This document shows positions 45,993 to 55,334 of a stretch of 64,000 nucleotides of DNA, piece by piece. How positions within the stretch are numbered: the first letter of the stretch is position 1; the number at the start of each line of letters is the position of its first letter. The notes beneath the pieces are model-generated. The model was not told where the DNA came from. It did no database searches and saw nothing but the letters and a program-made list of their open reading frames with translations. Both the position numbers and the translations under genes were made by a program. The stretch comes from Fimbriimonadaceae bacterium (GTDB lineage Bacteria > Armatimonadota > UBA10988), in assembly GCA_020850355.1 (NCBI GenBank), contig JADZEX010000091.1, positions 35,755 through 99,754 of the forward strand, written 5' to 3'.

Positions 45993-47975
45993 ATGCTGCG
46001 GCTACTCGTCGTGCTCGCCCTCACTGGTTGCTGTGCCACTGCCGCGGTCGACCAGGCTGCCATCGACGATGTCCTGGCAGGCCGGCGTAAGGAAGCCAAG
46101 GCCTCCTGGTGGGGCTTCGACGCGGCCGACTCGACCAAGGCCTTGCAGGCCGCGATCTCCAGCGGTGTGCCGAAGCTGGTGGTCGACAAGGTCGGTGCGA
46201 CCTGGTTCACCGAGCCGCTGCAACTGGTCAGCAACCAGGAGATCACCTTCGAGCCGGGAGTGGTGGTGCAAGCCAAGCGCGGCAGCTTCCAGGGCACCGG
46301 CGACTCCCTCCTGACGGCGGTGCGCTGCGAGAACGTCAGCCTGAAGGGTCCCGGGGCGACGCTCAAGATGTGGCGCAGCGACTACGCCGCCGCGCCCTAC
46401 AAGAAGGCCGAGTGGCGCCACGTGGTGTTCCTCCGAAGCTGCCGCAACATCTGGATCGAGGGCCTCACGCTGGCCGAGTCCGGCGGCGATGGGATCTACC
46501 TCGGCACGACCGGCGACGGCACCTGGAACAAGGACATCACGATTCGGCAGGTGATCTGCGACCGCAACTACCGTCAGGGGATCAGCGTGATCTGCTCTGA
46601 AAACCTGCTGATCGAGGACACCATCCTCCGCGACACCGCCGGCACCGCGCCGCAAGCTGGGATCGACTTCGAGCCGAACCACGCCAACGAGCCCCTGATC
46701 AACTGCGTCATGCGGCGCTGCACCACCCAGGGCAACCGCGGCGGCGGGTACGCCGCCTACCTCAACAACCAGACGGCCGCCACCCCGCCGCTGGGACTGC
46801 GCCTGGAGGACTGCCGCTCGATCGACGATGCCACCTATGGCTTCTTCTACAGCGCGGGCGGCACGCCGGCCAGCTCCGTGCGCGGCGGCTTCGAGCTGAT
46901 CCGCTGCACCTTCGAACGACCAGGCGGCTCCGCGATCCTGATCACCAACAAGCCCGCCGCCGCTGGCGCCGCGCGGCTGGTCGGGTGTCGAGTGGTCCAA
47001 CCCGCGGCCGGCCACCCCGAACTGCCGCCGGTGTTGCTCTCCGCCGGCGCCGACTCGGGCGAGCCCCACGGCAACATCGACTTCGGCGAGCTGACCATCG
47101 AAGATGACGTCGACCGGCAGCCGATCCGGTTCAACGACTCCTCGGGCGATGCCAGTCTGGTCGACCTCCGGGGCACGTTCATCGTCGTCCGCGGCGGCCA
47201 GACGCAGCGCTTCCCGCTGACCAAGGAGCAGGTCACCGCCTGGATGCCGGTCTTCGAGATTCGCCAGTTGCCGCGCCTCAATCTGGCGCAACTGCGCCTG
47301 GAGCCGACCGGTCCCGCGCCCGTCCCGGCCGCCGGCGCCCTGCAATATGCCCGCCAGCGGCGCGTCGGGCGCTGGCTGCTCTGGGCTGCCGCGGGCGAAA
47401 CCGTCCGGCTGGCGCTGCACTACCTGCAGGTGGGCAGCTACGACGGGCCGGCCACGCCGCTGCAGGTGCTGGGACCCGACGGCAAGCCGGTCCACCAGAC
47501 CTCCGCGGCCTTCAAAGCGGTCACCGAGACCAGCTTCACGGCCGTGGCCAGCGGCCTCTACCAGGTGCAGTTCGACGCCGCAGGCAACCAGGCCGCGCTC
47601 GCTTCGAGCACCCACCGCCTGTTCCTCAACGCCGATGGCACGGCCGTCTGGCTGATCGGCAGCACCGGGGAGTTGTGGTTCTGGGTGCCCCAGGGCACCC
47701 GGCAGTTCGACCTGCGGGTCCGCGGCTCCGGGCCCCGCGAGGCCGTCCGGGCCCTGCTCTACAACAGCGCCGGCAACCTGGTCAAGGAGTACGACGACAT
47801 CACCACGGTCGCCCAGTTTGAGGTGGACCTCCCCGCACCGTCGGCCGGCGAGGCCTGGCGAGTCGTGCTCCAGAAGCCGAGCCACAGCTCGATGGAGGAC
47901 TTCTACCTGGAGCTCCGCGGGATCCCGTCGCTGTTTGGTGCCACCCGCGAGGCCCTGCTCCGTCCGGCCCGCTAA
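45993..47975 (+). CDS. secreted right-handed parallel beta-helix protein (pectate-lyase-like fold)
   Basis: ATG at 45993 preceded by GGAGGA; signal peptide; repeated segments such as IWIEGLTLAESGGDGIYLG and LIEDTILRDTAG. Confidence 0.6.
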   Translation: MLRLLVVLALTGCCATAAVDQAAIDDVLAGRRKEAKASWWGFDAADSTKALQAAISSGVPKLVVDKVGATWFTEPLQLVSNQEITFEPGVVVQAKRGSFQGTGDSLLTAVRCENVSLKGPGATLKMWRSDYAAAPYKKAEWRHVVFLRSCRNIWIEGLTLAESGGDGIYLGTTGDGTWNKDITIRQVICDRNYRQGISVICSENLLIEDTILRDTAGTAPQAGIDFEPNHANEPLINCVMRRCTTQGNRGGGYAAYLNNQTAATPPLGLRLEDCRSIDDATYGFFYSAGGTPASSVRGGFELIRCTFERPGGSAILITNKPAAAGAARLVGCRVVQPAAGHPELPPVLLSAGADSGEPHGNIDFGELTIEDDVDRQPIRFNDSSGDASLVDLRGTFIVVRGGQTQRFPLTKEQVTAWMPVFEIRQLPRLNLAQLRLEPTGPAPVPAAGALQYARQRRVGRWLLWAAAGETVRLALHYLQVGSYDGPATPLQVLGPDGKPVHQTSAAFKAVTETSFTAVASGLYQVQFDAAGNQAALASSTHRLFLNADGTAVWLIGSTGELWFWVPQGTRQFDLRVRGSGPREAVRALLYNSAGNLVKEYDDITTVAQFEVDLPAPSAGEAWRVVLQKPSHSSMEDFYLELRGIPSLFGATREALLRPAR

Positions 47976-47981
47976 AGCGGC

Positions 47982-48010
47982 TTGACGACCGCCACCGTGG
48001 CAAGTAACAT
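47982..48010 (+). promoter_or_regulatory. candidate sigma70-type promoter (-35 TTGACG, 17-bp spacer, -10 TAACAT) upstream of cbiM
   Basis: Seen in sequence 31 bp upstream of the cbiM ATG. Confidence 0.4.
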
Positions 48011-48040
48011 GCTTCTGGCGAAGCGTGCCACGAGGCGAGA

Positions 48041-48994
48041 ATGCATCTGCCCGACGGGTTCCTCAGTGCGCCGGTCAGCACGGTGCTGGCGGCTGCCAGC
48101 TTTGGTGGCCTGGGCGCCGCGGTGCGCCGCAGCCGGCCGGCGGTCGACGCGCCCGTGGTGACGCCGCTGCTGGGGGTGGCGGCGGCGTTCGTGTTTTGCG
48201 CCCAGATGTTCAACTTCCCGATTTCCGGCGGCACCACCGGCCACCTGCTCGGCGCGGCGCTGGTCACCGCGCTGCTGGGACCCTGGCGAGCGATGCTGGT
48301 GATGGCCAGCGTGCTGCTGGTGCAGGCGCTGATCTTCGCCGACGGCGGGGTCGTGGCGCTGGGGGCCAACCTCTTCAACATGGCGGTGGCGGCGCCGCTG
48401 CTGGCGGGGCTGGTGCAGGGTCTGGTGCAGCGTGCCGGCCGGCAGGCCCGCTGGACCCGGGAGGTCGGCCTGGCGGTCTCGGCGTGGCTGACGGTGCAAC
48501 TGGCGGCGGCCTGCTGCGCCGTGGAGATCGCGTTTTCGGGCACTGCGCCGCTGGCCGTGGTGCTCCCGGCGATGCTGGCCGTGCACGCCGTGATCGGACT
48601 CGGCGAGGCGCTGCTCAGCGTGGCGGCCTATCGTGTGGTGGTCGGAGCCCGGCCCGAGTTGGCGGGGCACGAGCGGCCGGTCGCCGAGCTGGCGACGATG
48701 GAACTGTGGCGGCTGGCGGCGATGCTGGCGCTCGGCCTGCTGGTGGTCGCTTTGGCCTTCCCTTACCCGGATGGCCTGGAGTGGGTGGCCGAGCAGCAGC
48801 AGTTTGGCCACCACGCCCGCGACGGCTTCGCGGCGGCGCCGCTGCGCGACTACGCCGTGCCTGGCCGCCCGGTTGGGAGCGGCTTCGATTGGTTCGGCAG
48901 CTACCTCTCGGCGATCCTCGGCGCCGCGTTGTGCGGCGGGCTGATGCGGTGGCTCGGCCGAGCCGGCCGCCAGGCTCCGGATGACGCCTCGTGA
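48041..48994 (+). CDS. cbiM: ECF transporter substrate-specific component CbiM (cobalt/nickel), possibly with fused CbiN-like C-terminus
   Basis: Track ORF; characteristic N-terminus MHLPDGFLS; polytopic membrane protein. Confidence 0.75.
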   Translation: MHLPDGFLSAPVSTVLAAASFGGLGAAVRRSRPAVDAPVVTPLLGVAAAFVFCAQMFNFPISGGTTGHLLGAALVTALLGPWRAMLVMASVLLVQALIFADGGVVALGANLFNMAVAAPLLAGLVQGLVQRAGRQARWTREVGLAVSAWLTVQLAAACCAVEIAFSGTAPLAVVLPAMLAVHAVIGLGEALLSVAAYRVVVGARPELAGHERPVAELATMELWRLAAMLALGLLVVALAFPYPDGLEWVAEQQQFGHHARDGFAAAPLRDYAVPGRPVGSGFDWFGSYLSAILGAALCGGLMRWLGRAGRQAPDDAS

Positions 48995-49788
48995 GCTGGC
49001 CGCTGTGGGCCCAACTGCTGGCCATCGCCGCCTGCGGTGCGGCAGGACTGACCCTCACCCGGAGCCTCTTCGCGGCCGACGCGACCCGTGCCCAGCTCGG
49101 GTTGGAGGTCAGCCGCGGCGACTCCCTGCTGCACCGCACGCCCGCGGTCTGCAAGTTGCTCGGCCTGCTGGCCCTGGCGGTCAGCGCGGCGCTGTTGCCC
49201 CCGGCCGGGCTGAGCGTCCCTGGCGCGCTGGTGCTGCTGCTGCTGGTCGCGGCGCGGTTGCCGCTGCGGGCGGTGGCCGCGCGGGCCGCCGAACTGCTGC
49301 CCTTGGCGCTGATCGTCGCCGTCGGGGCTCTGCTGCGCGGCGACCCGGTCTTGTTCGTGGCGACGCTGGGCCGGGCGCTGATCACGGTCGCCGCGGTGGT
49401 CGCGCTGACTCTGAGCACGCCCCAGCCGGAGATTCTGCGGGCCGCCCGCCGGCTCGGGTTGCCGGCGCCGCTGGTCGAAATCATCGCGCTGCTGCTGCGC
49501 TACCTGGTGGTGGTGCTGGACGAGGCCAACCGGCTGGCGCTGGGGTTCAGCCTGCGGGCGGTCGGGCCGCGTGACTTGCGGCTCGCGCGACCGCTGGGAC
49601 GGGTGATCGGCGCCCTGGCGGTGCGCAGCCTCGAGCGCGGCGAGCGCGTGCATCAGGCGATGCTGGCGCGCGGCTACGACGGCACCTGGCCAGCGCTGCA
49701 GCGGGCGCCCGCACCGTCGGTCGCGGCGTGGCTGGGCTGCGGGCTGTTCCTGTCGCCGTTGCTGGCGGCGCTAAGCTACTGGCGATGA
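48991..49788 (+). CDS. cbiQ: ECF transporter transmembrane (T) component CbiQ
   Basis: Track ORF; GTG start overlaps cbiM stop (GTGA); polytopic, EcfT-like. Confidence 0.7.
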   Translation: MSWPLWAQLLAIAACGAAGLTLTRSLFAADATRAQLGLEVSRGDSLLHRTPAVCKLLGLLALAVSAALLPPAGLSVPGALVLLLLVAARLPLRAVAARAAELLPLALIVAVGALLRGDPVLFVATLGRALITVAAVVALTLSTPQPEILRAARRLGLPAPLVEIIALLLRYLVVVLDEANRLALGFSLRAVGPRDLRLARPLGRVIGALAVRSLERGERVHQAMLARGYDGTWPALQRAPAPSVAAWLGCGLFLSPLLAALSYWR

Positions 49789-50510
49789 GCGATCCGGCGC
49801 TGGCCTTCAGGCAACTCAGCTACGCCTACCCCGACGGCACCGCGGCGCTGCGGTCGGTCTCGTTCGCGCTGGCTCCCGGCGAGCGAGTCGGGCTGGTCGG
49901 GCCGAACGGCGCCGGCAAGTCAACTCTGCTGCTGCACGCCGTTGGGCTGCTCCCGGCCCGGGGCGCCGTGCTGGTCGGCGGTCTCGACCCGGACCGCGTC
50001 CCGCGGGAGGTGCGGCAGCAGGTCGGGCTGCTGTTCCAGAATCCCGACGACCAGTTGTTTCTGCCGACGGTCGCTGAGGATGTCGCCTTCGGGCCGCTCA
50101 ACCTCGGACTGTCCGCCGCAGACGTCGAGCAGCGCGTGGCCACCGCCCTGGCGCAGGTTGGGCTGACCGGCCTGGGCGCCAAGCTGCCGCAGCATCTCTC
50201 GTTGGGGCAGCGCCGCCGCGCGGCGTTGGCGACGGTCCTGGCGATGGGCTGCCAGACGCTGGTGCTGGATGAGCCGACCGCCAACCTGGACCCCGGCGGG
50301 CGACGGCAACTGCTGGCGCTGCTGACGCAGTTGCCCGGCGCGCTGCTGCTGGCGACCCACGACCTGGAAGCCGTGCTGCAGCTCTGCCCGCGGGTGGTCG
50401 TGCTGCGCGCTGGCGAGGTCGTGGCCGATGGCGAGACCGCCGCGCTCTTGGCTGATCCCGAGCTGATGCAGCGCTGCGAGCTGGAAGTGCCTTGGCCGCT
50501 GCGCCGTTGA
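49785..50510 (+). CDS. cbiO: ECF transporter ATP-binding component CbiO (ABC ATPase)
   Basis: ATG at 49785 overlapping cbiQ stop (ATGA); Walker A GPNGAGKST, signature LSLGQRRR, Walker B LVLDEPTANLD. Confidence 0.85.
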   Translation: MSDPALAFRQLSYAYPDGTAALRSVSFALAPGERVGLVGPNGAGKSTLLLHAVGLLPARGAVLVGGLDPDRVPREVRQQVGLLFQNPDDQLFLPTVAEDVAFGPLNLGLSAADVEQRVATALAQVGLTGLGAKLPQHLSLGQRRRAALATVLAMGCQTLVLDEPTANLDPGGRRQLLALLTQLPGALLLATHDLEAVLQLCPRVVVLRAGEVVADGETAALLADPELMQRCELEVPWPLRR

Positions 50511-50529
50511 CGGCACGGCGCGGCGGCGG

Positions 50530-51579
50530 CTAACGCGGGCCGGCGGCCCGACACTCGCGCAGGATGGTGGTGTAGGTCTCTTCCCAGCGGTGCTCCGGGA
50601 CGTCTTCGGTGACGCCCACGATGAACCCGCGGCCGTCGCCGGACTCGCGGATCATCTGCCGCGTGACCGCAGCGACCGTCGCGGCATCGGCCAGGTGCAG
50701 CGAGCTCGGGAAGTTGATCCAGAGCGCCTTGTCCGGCCAGACCTGGCGGGCCTCGGCGACGGTTAAGTCGCAGTCCGGCGAGGGCGTCAGGGCTTCGATG
50801 TAGTCCAGCGAACTGCGCGCCACGAGGTCGGCCCACAGGCGGTTGTTGTCGTCGAGGTGTGAGCCGACCAGCTTGCCGCCGCGGTGCAGAATCGCGCAGG
50901 CCTCTTCGATCGGCCCCAGGACGAACTCCTCGAAGTTGGCCCGGCCCAGGATACTGGGGCTGTGGTTGCCGCCAAGGTTGACGGTCCACGCCGGCGAGTC
51001 GGCGATCAGCTCGCAGATCTCCCGGAAGCTGCGGTGCAGCGCGGCGATCAGGGCGAGGCACTCGGCGCGGTGGTCCATCCACTCGTAGCCGAAGGTCAAC
51101 GAGCCCATGTAGTGGCTGATCAGCGTCTGGATCGGGATGTTGCTGGTGCCCACCCGTTGGTGCGCGTCCTCGCCCCAGCGGCGGCCGGCGGCCAGGAACG
51201 GCTCCGGAGCGGGCTGCCAGGTCTCGGCCTCGATCATCGCCAGCAGCGGCTCGAAGTCGGCGACCGACTTGTAGAGATGCTCGTGGGTCCAGGTGGTGTA
51301 CCCGAGCGGCTCAACGACGGTGGTCAGCTCGCCGGCCGCGGTGGTGAAGATCCGCCGCTCCAGGCGCCGACCGTCGCGCACGAACGATTCGCTGCGCCAG
51401 CTCACCCCGCGCGGCCCGCCGCCGAAGACCCCAGCGCGGCGATCGACGATGCACAGCCCGTCGTTGCGCAACTGCCGCTCCACCGCCGAGGTCGGCAGCT
51501 TGCTCTCGTAGACGGTGAACGGGATCCAGTCGACCGGTTCCCAGCGCAGCGCGGCGGCGACACGTTCGCGAGGGCTCAT
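50530..51579 (-). CDS. uroporphyrinogen decarboxylase (URO-D) family protein, not canonical HemE (MtaA/CmuA-like)
   Basis: Track ORF; overall URO-D-like length and composition; lacks the HemE N-terminal RQAGR motif. Confidence 0.55.
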   Translation of the reverse strand: MSPRERVAAALRWEPVDWIPFTVYESKLPTSAVERQLRNDGLCIVDRRAGVFGGGPRGVSWRSESFVRDGRRLERRIFTTAAGELTTVVEPLGYTTWTHEHLYKSVADFEPLLAMIEAETWQPAPEPFLAAGRRWGEDAHQRVGTSNIPIQTLISHYMGSLTFGYEWMDHRAECLALIAALHRSFREICELIADSPAWTVNLGGNHSPSILGRANFEEFVLGPIEEACAILHRGGKLVGSHLDDNNRLWADLVARSSLDYIEALTPSPDCDLTVAEARQVWPDKALWINFPSSLHLADAATVAAVTRQMIRESGDGRGFIVGVTEDVPEHRWEETYTTILRECRAAGPR

Positions 51580-51628
51580 CGCGGCGGCTCCCGGTGAGCT
51601 GTTGGCTGCCTCGCCGCGCGGTCCTGCC

Positions 51629-51673
51629 TTGACCAGCTCGTAACGCTGCCGTTACAGCCGCCCGCTGTAACAG
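51629..51673. promoter_or_regulatory. overlapping inverted repeats (GTAACGctgcCGTTAC; GTTACAGccgcccgCTGTAAC) in divergent promoter region, with TTGACC -35-like hexamer
   Basis: Seen in sequence between the URO-D-like gene and the DUF1549/DUF1553 operon. Confidence 0.3.
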
Positions 51674-51769
51674 TTCGGACAACCGCCTAAGTCGTCCGCA
51701 AGATGAGTGGTGAGCCGATCCATGCGGCTACCGGGAGCGCGCGCCTCCCGGATTGGGAGGTCTCCGGCG

Positions 51770-53962
51770 ATGCGTTCGGTCCGCGCCACAACCTGGGCAG
51801 TGCTGGCGGTGCTCGCGGCCGGAGTCCGGGTCCACGGCCAGGGCGCCAGTCGGCCGGTCTACTTCGTGCGCGACGTCGCGCCGATCTTCGACCGCGAGTC
51901 GTGCAGCTCGTCGCCCTGCCACGGCAAGTTCGGCGGCGGCCAGGGCCGGCTGCAGCTCTCCCTGATGACGCTCTCCCCGGAGGCCGACTTCGCTGGGCTG
52001 GAGCCGCTGATCGATCTCCAGAACCCCGCCAACAGCGTGCTGTTGCAGAAGCCCAGCGGCAAGTCGCCACACGCTGGTGGGCGGCGCTTCCGGGAGAATG
52101 CCAAGGAGTACCAGACGATTCTGCGCTGGATCCAGGAAGGCTGCCGCAACCCGACTCGCGAGCCGCTGCCGGTGCGGCTGCGGGTGACTCCGGAGCGCTT
52201 CAACTTCACGCCCGACAAGAACCAGGGCCGGATTCAGGTCACCGCCGAGTTCGCCGATGGGTCGGCCGAGGACGTCACGGACCGCACCCGGTTCATCAGC
52301 CCGGACGAGGAACAGGTCGAAGTGACTCCGGCGGGCTACGTCACGATGCAGCGCTGGGGCCTGACCAACGTCGTCTGCCGCTACGTTGGGCTGACCAAGG
52401 CGGTGTTCATCTCGCTGCCGCGCCCCAAGACCGCTGCCGACCCGGCCCCGCCGAAGGTGGCCGCGGGCAACCTGGTCGACGCGCTGGTCCACAAGAACCT
52501 CGAGTGGCTGAACATCAACCCGGCTCCGCGCTGCGACGACTACACCTTCCTGCGGCGGATCTACCTTGACCTGGTCGGGGCCCTGCCCGATCCGGCGACG
52601 ATTCGGGCGTTTGTGAAGGACCCCGATCCGAGCAAGCGGGCGAAGCTGGTGGACCAGTTGCTGGACGACCCGCGGTTCGTCGCGATGCGCACGCTGCGGC
52701 TCGGGGACATGCTGCGGATCAACCCGCGCAAGCTGGCCAATGGTCCGTTGCAGGCCCGCGCGGCGATGATCTTCGACGACTGGCTGCGCCGCAGCGTGCG
52801 CGACAACAAGCCGTTCAACAAGCTGACCCACGAGCTGGTCAACGCCCGCGGCTCGACGATGCTCAACGGCCCGGCCAACTTCTACCGCGTCGAGCGCTCG
52901 CCAGAGAACCGCGCCGAGACGATCGGGCAGGCTTTTCTGGGCGTGCGCCTGAGCTGCGCACGCTGCCATAACCATCCCTTCGACCGCTGGAACACCGACG
53001 ACTACTGGGAGTTCGCGGCGTTTCTGGCAAAGATCCGCGAGCGCGGCGCCGAGCTGTTTGACGACCGCGAGCTGTACGTCGACAACAAGGCCCAGCTTCG
53101 CAACCAGGCGGTGACCAGCAAGAAGAAGGGCCAGGTGGCGGTGCCGACCTTCCTCGGCGGACCGAGCCTGCCGCAGGAGCAGTTCCAGGGCGACTACCTG
53201 CAGGCGCTGGCCGACTGGATCACCAACGACGACAACCCGTACTACGGCAAGGCCACCGTGAACCGCGTCTGGTCGCACTTCCTGGGCCGCGGGGTGGTGA
53301 CGCCGGTCGACGACATTCGCGAGACCAGCGTCGCCGCGGTGCCGGCGTTGTTGACGCTGTTGGCGCAGGAGTTCCGCCGCACCGGCTACGACACGAAGCA
53401 GTTGATCCGCCTGATCGTGACCAGCGAGACCTACCAGCGGTCCAGCAGCAGCGACACCACCAACGAGCTGGACAACCGCTTCTTCAGCCACTTCCAGCCG
53501 AAGCAGATGCTGGCGCAAGTGTTGCTGGACGCCATCAACACGGCCTGCGGCACCTGGGACCAGTACGCCAGCTTCCCACGAGGGACCACCGCGGTGGAGC
53601 TGCCGCTGATGGTCAACAACGACTTCCTGGACCGCTTCGGACGCAGCAACCGGGAGTTTCTGGCGACGCTCGACCCGCACGCCGAGCCGACCATGCCGCA
53701 GACGCTGCATCTGATCAACTCCGGGTACATCAACGGCAAGATCACCTCGCGCGAGGGAACCGTGGCGACCCTCGAACCGCAGCTTCGGGACGACCGCGTG
53801 CTGGTCGAAGAGCTCTACCTGCGGACCCTCTGCCGCCCGCCGAGCGCTGGCGAGCTGGAGCAGGTCCTGGGATACCTTAAGAAGATCCCAAACCGCCGCG
53901 AGGCGTTCGAGGATCTCCTGTGGGCGCTGATCAGCTCGCGGGAGTTTGTGTTCATCAGTTAG
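51770..53962 (+). CDS. DUF1549/DUF1553 domain protein (Planctomycete PSD1-type), secreted
   Basis: ATG at 51770 after GGGAGG; signal peptide; motif SCARCHNHPFDRW typical of DUF1549; N-terminal Cys-rich segment. Confidence 0.7.
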   Translation: MRSVRATTWAVLAVLAAGVRVHGQGASRPVYFVRDVAPIFDRESCSSSPCHGKFGGGQGRLQLSLMTLSPEADFAGLEPLIDLQNPANSVLLQKPSGKSPHAGGRRFRENAKEYQTILRWIQEGCRNPTREPLPVRLRVTPERFNFTPDKNQGRIQVTAEFADGSAEDVTDRTRFISPDEEQVEVTPAGYVTMQRWGLTNVVCRYVGLTKAVFISLPRPKTAADPAPPKVAAGNLVDALVHKNLEWLNINPAPRCDDYTFLRRIYLDLVGALPDPATIRAFVKDPDPSKRAKLVDQLLDDPRFVAMRTLRLGDMLRINPRKLANGPLQARAAMIFDDWLRRSVRDNKPFNKLTHELVNARGSTMLNGPANFYRVERSPENRAETIGQAFLGVRLSCARCHNHPFDRWNTDDYWEFAAFLAKIRERGAELFDDRELYVDNKAQLRNQAVTSKKKGQVAVPTFLGGPSLPQEQFQGDYLQALADWITNDDNPYYGKATVNRVWSHFLGRGVVTPVDDIRETSVAAVPALLTLLAQEFRRTGYDTKQLIRLIVTSETYQRSSSSDTTNELDNRFFSHFQPKQMLAQVLLDAINTACGTWDQYASFPRGTTAVELPLMVNNDFLDRFGRSNREFLATLDPHAEPTMPQTLHLINSGYINGKITSREGTVATLEPQLRDDRVLVEELYLRTLCRPPSAGELEQVLGYLKKIPNRREAFEDLLWALISSREFVFIS

Positions 53963-53984
53963 GCCCGACCAAGGGAGCCCCACA

Positions 53985-55334
53985 ATGCCCATCGACGAGA
54001 CCGGGATCCATACCGACTACTGCGACGGCCACGCCCGGCGCGATGTGCTGAAGGCTGGCGTGCTGGGGATGTTCGGCCTCAGCCTGAGCGGCTTCCTGCA
54101 GGCCCAGGCGGCGCAGGCCCAGACCGCTGCGGCGGGCGAGGCCGCGGCTGCCACCGCGCCGCGCGGCAAAGCCGACGCCTGCATCTTGCTGTTCCTGGCC
54201 GGCGGCCCGTCGCACCTCGATAGCTGGGACCCCAAGCCGAGCGCGCCCGAGGAAGTGCGCGGCAGCTTCAAGACCGTCGCCACGAAGCTGCCGGGGGTGC
54301 AGTTTGGGGAGCACATGACGCGCTGCGCGCAGATCGCCGGGGACCTCACGGTGATCCGCTCGATGACCTCGAAGGAGGCCGACCACGAGCGCGGGACGCA
54401 CTACCTGATGACCGGCTATCCGCCGCTCCCCGGCTTCGGGGTGCCGGCGGTGGGCAGTGTCGTCTCGAAGCTGCTGCCGTCCCGCAGCGTGCTGCCGCCG
54501 TACATCGCGGTGCCCAGCCCGGTGCAGTACGGCGGCGCTGGCTTCCTGGGCGCCGCGCTGGACCCCTTCAGCCCTGGCGGCGACCCCAGCAATCCGGGCT
54601 TCCGGGTGCGCGACCTGGCGCCCGAAGGCGGGCTGAGCATCGAACGGGTGGACCGCCGACAGTCCTTGCGGCAGGCGGTTGATGCCAGCTTCGCGCGGCA
54701 CGAGAAGTCGTCCGACGCGGCGCGAGCGGTCGATGAGTTCTACAAGTCGGCCTACGGGCTGATTTCCTCCAGCGAGGCCCGTGCAGCCTTCGACGTCGCC
54801 AAAGAGCCAGACGCCATGAAGGACCTCTATGGGCGCAACAGCCTGGGGCAGTCGTGCCTCCTGGCGCGCCGCCTGGTGCAGGCGGGGGTGCGCTTCGTGA
54901 CGGTCCAGAACGGCGGCTGGGACACCCACAACAACGGCTTCCAGGCGCTTGCCGGCAAGCTGCCGCCGCTCGACCAGGCGGTCGCGGCGCTGGTCACCGA
55001 TCTGAAGCAGCAGGGCATGTTGGAGCGGACGATGGTGCTGGTGATGGGCGAGTTCGGGCGCACCCCGCGGGTCAACCCGCAGGGCGGCCGCGACCACTAC
55101 CCGCAGTGCTTCAGCGTGGTGGCGGCCGGCGGTGGCTGGCAGCGCGGGGCGGTGGTCGGCTCGTCCGACGCGACCGGCGCCAATGTTGCCGAGCGCGGCG
55201 TCAAGCCGGAGGACCTCACGGCGACCGTCTACACGCTGCTGGGAATCGATCCCGACAGCGACCTCCACTCGCCCGAGGGCATCCGAATCGTGCTCAGCCG
55301 CGGCGGCGTCGCCGTGCGGGAGGCGCTGGCGTGA
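53985..55334 (+). CDS. DUF1501 domain protein (sulfatase-like fold, Tat signal; PSD2-type)
   Basis: ATG at 53985 after AGGGAG; twin-arginine-like RRDVLKAGVLG; DUF1501-like motifs (DSWDPK, TVQNGGWDTH). Confidence 0.75.
   Translation: MPIDETGIHTDYCDGHARRDVLKAGVLGMFGLSLSGFLQAQAAQAQTAAAGEAAAATAPRGKADACILLFLAGGPSHLDSWDPKPSAPEEVRGSFKTVATKLPGVQFGEHMTRCAQIAGDLTVIRSMTSKEADHERGTHYLMTGYPPLPGFGVPAVGSVVSKLLPSRSVLPPYIAVPSPVQYGGAGFLGAALDPFSPGGDPSNPGFRVRDLAPEGGLSIERVDRRQSLRQAVDASFARHEKSSDAARAVDEFYKSAYGLISSSEARAAFDVAKEPDAMKDLYGRNSLGQSCLLARRLVQAGVRFVTVQNGGWDTHNNGFQALAGKLPPLDQAVAALVTDLKQQGMLERTMVLVMGEFGRTPRVNPQGGRDHYPQCFSVVAAGGGWQRGAVVGSSDATGANVAERGVKPEDLTATVYTLLGIDPDSDLHSPEGIRIVLSRGGVAVREALA

Noticed and set aside
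43838-47885. ORFs 43838-45325 (-), 43903-45840 (+), 46002-47885 (-)
   Set aside because: Alternative-frame or antisense to the secreted hypothetical and beta-helix genes; chosen frames have signal peptides and strong RBS; rejected frames are Arg/Pro/Gly-rich.
47976-48040. Cobalamin riboswitch upstream of cbiM
   Set aside because: The intergenic leader is only about 65 bp, too short for the roughly 200-nt cobalamin riboswitch; only a promoter-like -35/-10 pair is evident.
51728-53992. 754-aa minus-strand ORF
   Set aside because: Antisense to the DUF1549/DUF1553 gene, which carries a clear signal peptide and the SCARCHNHPFD motif; no motifs in the antisense translation.
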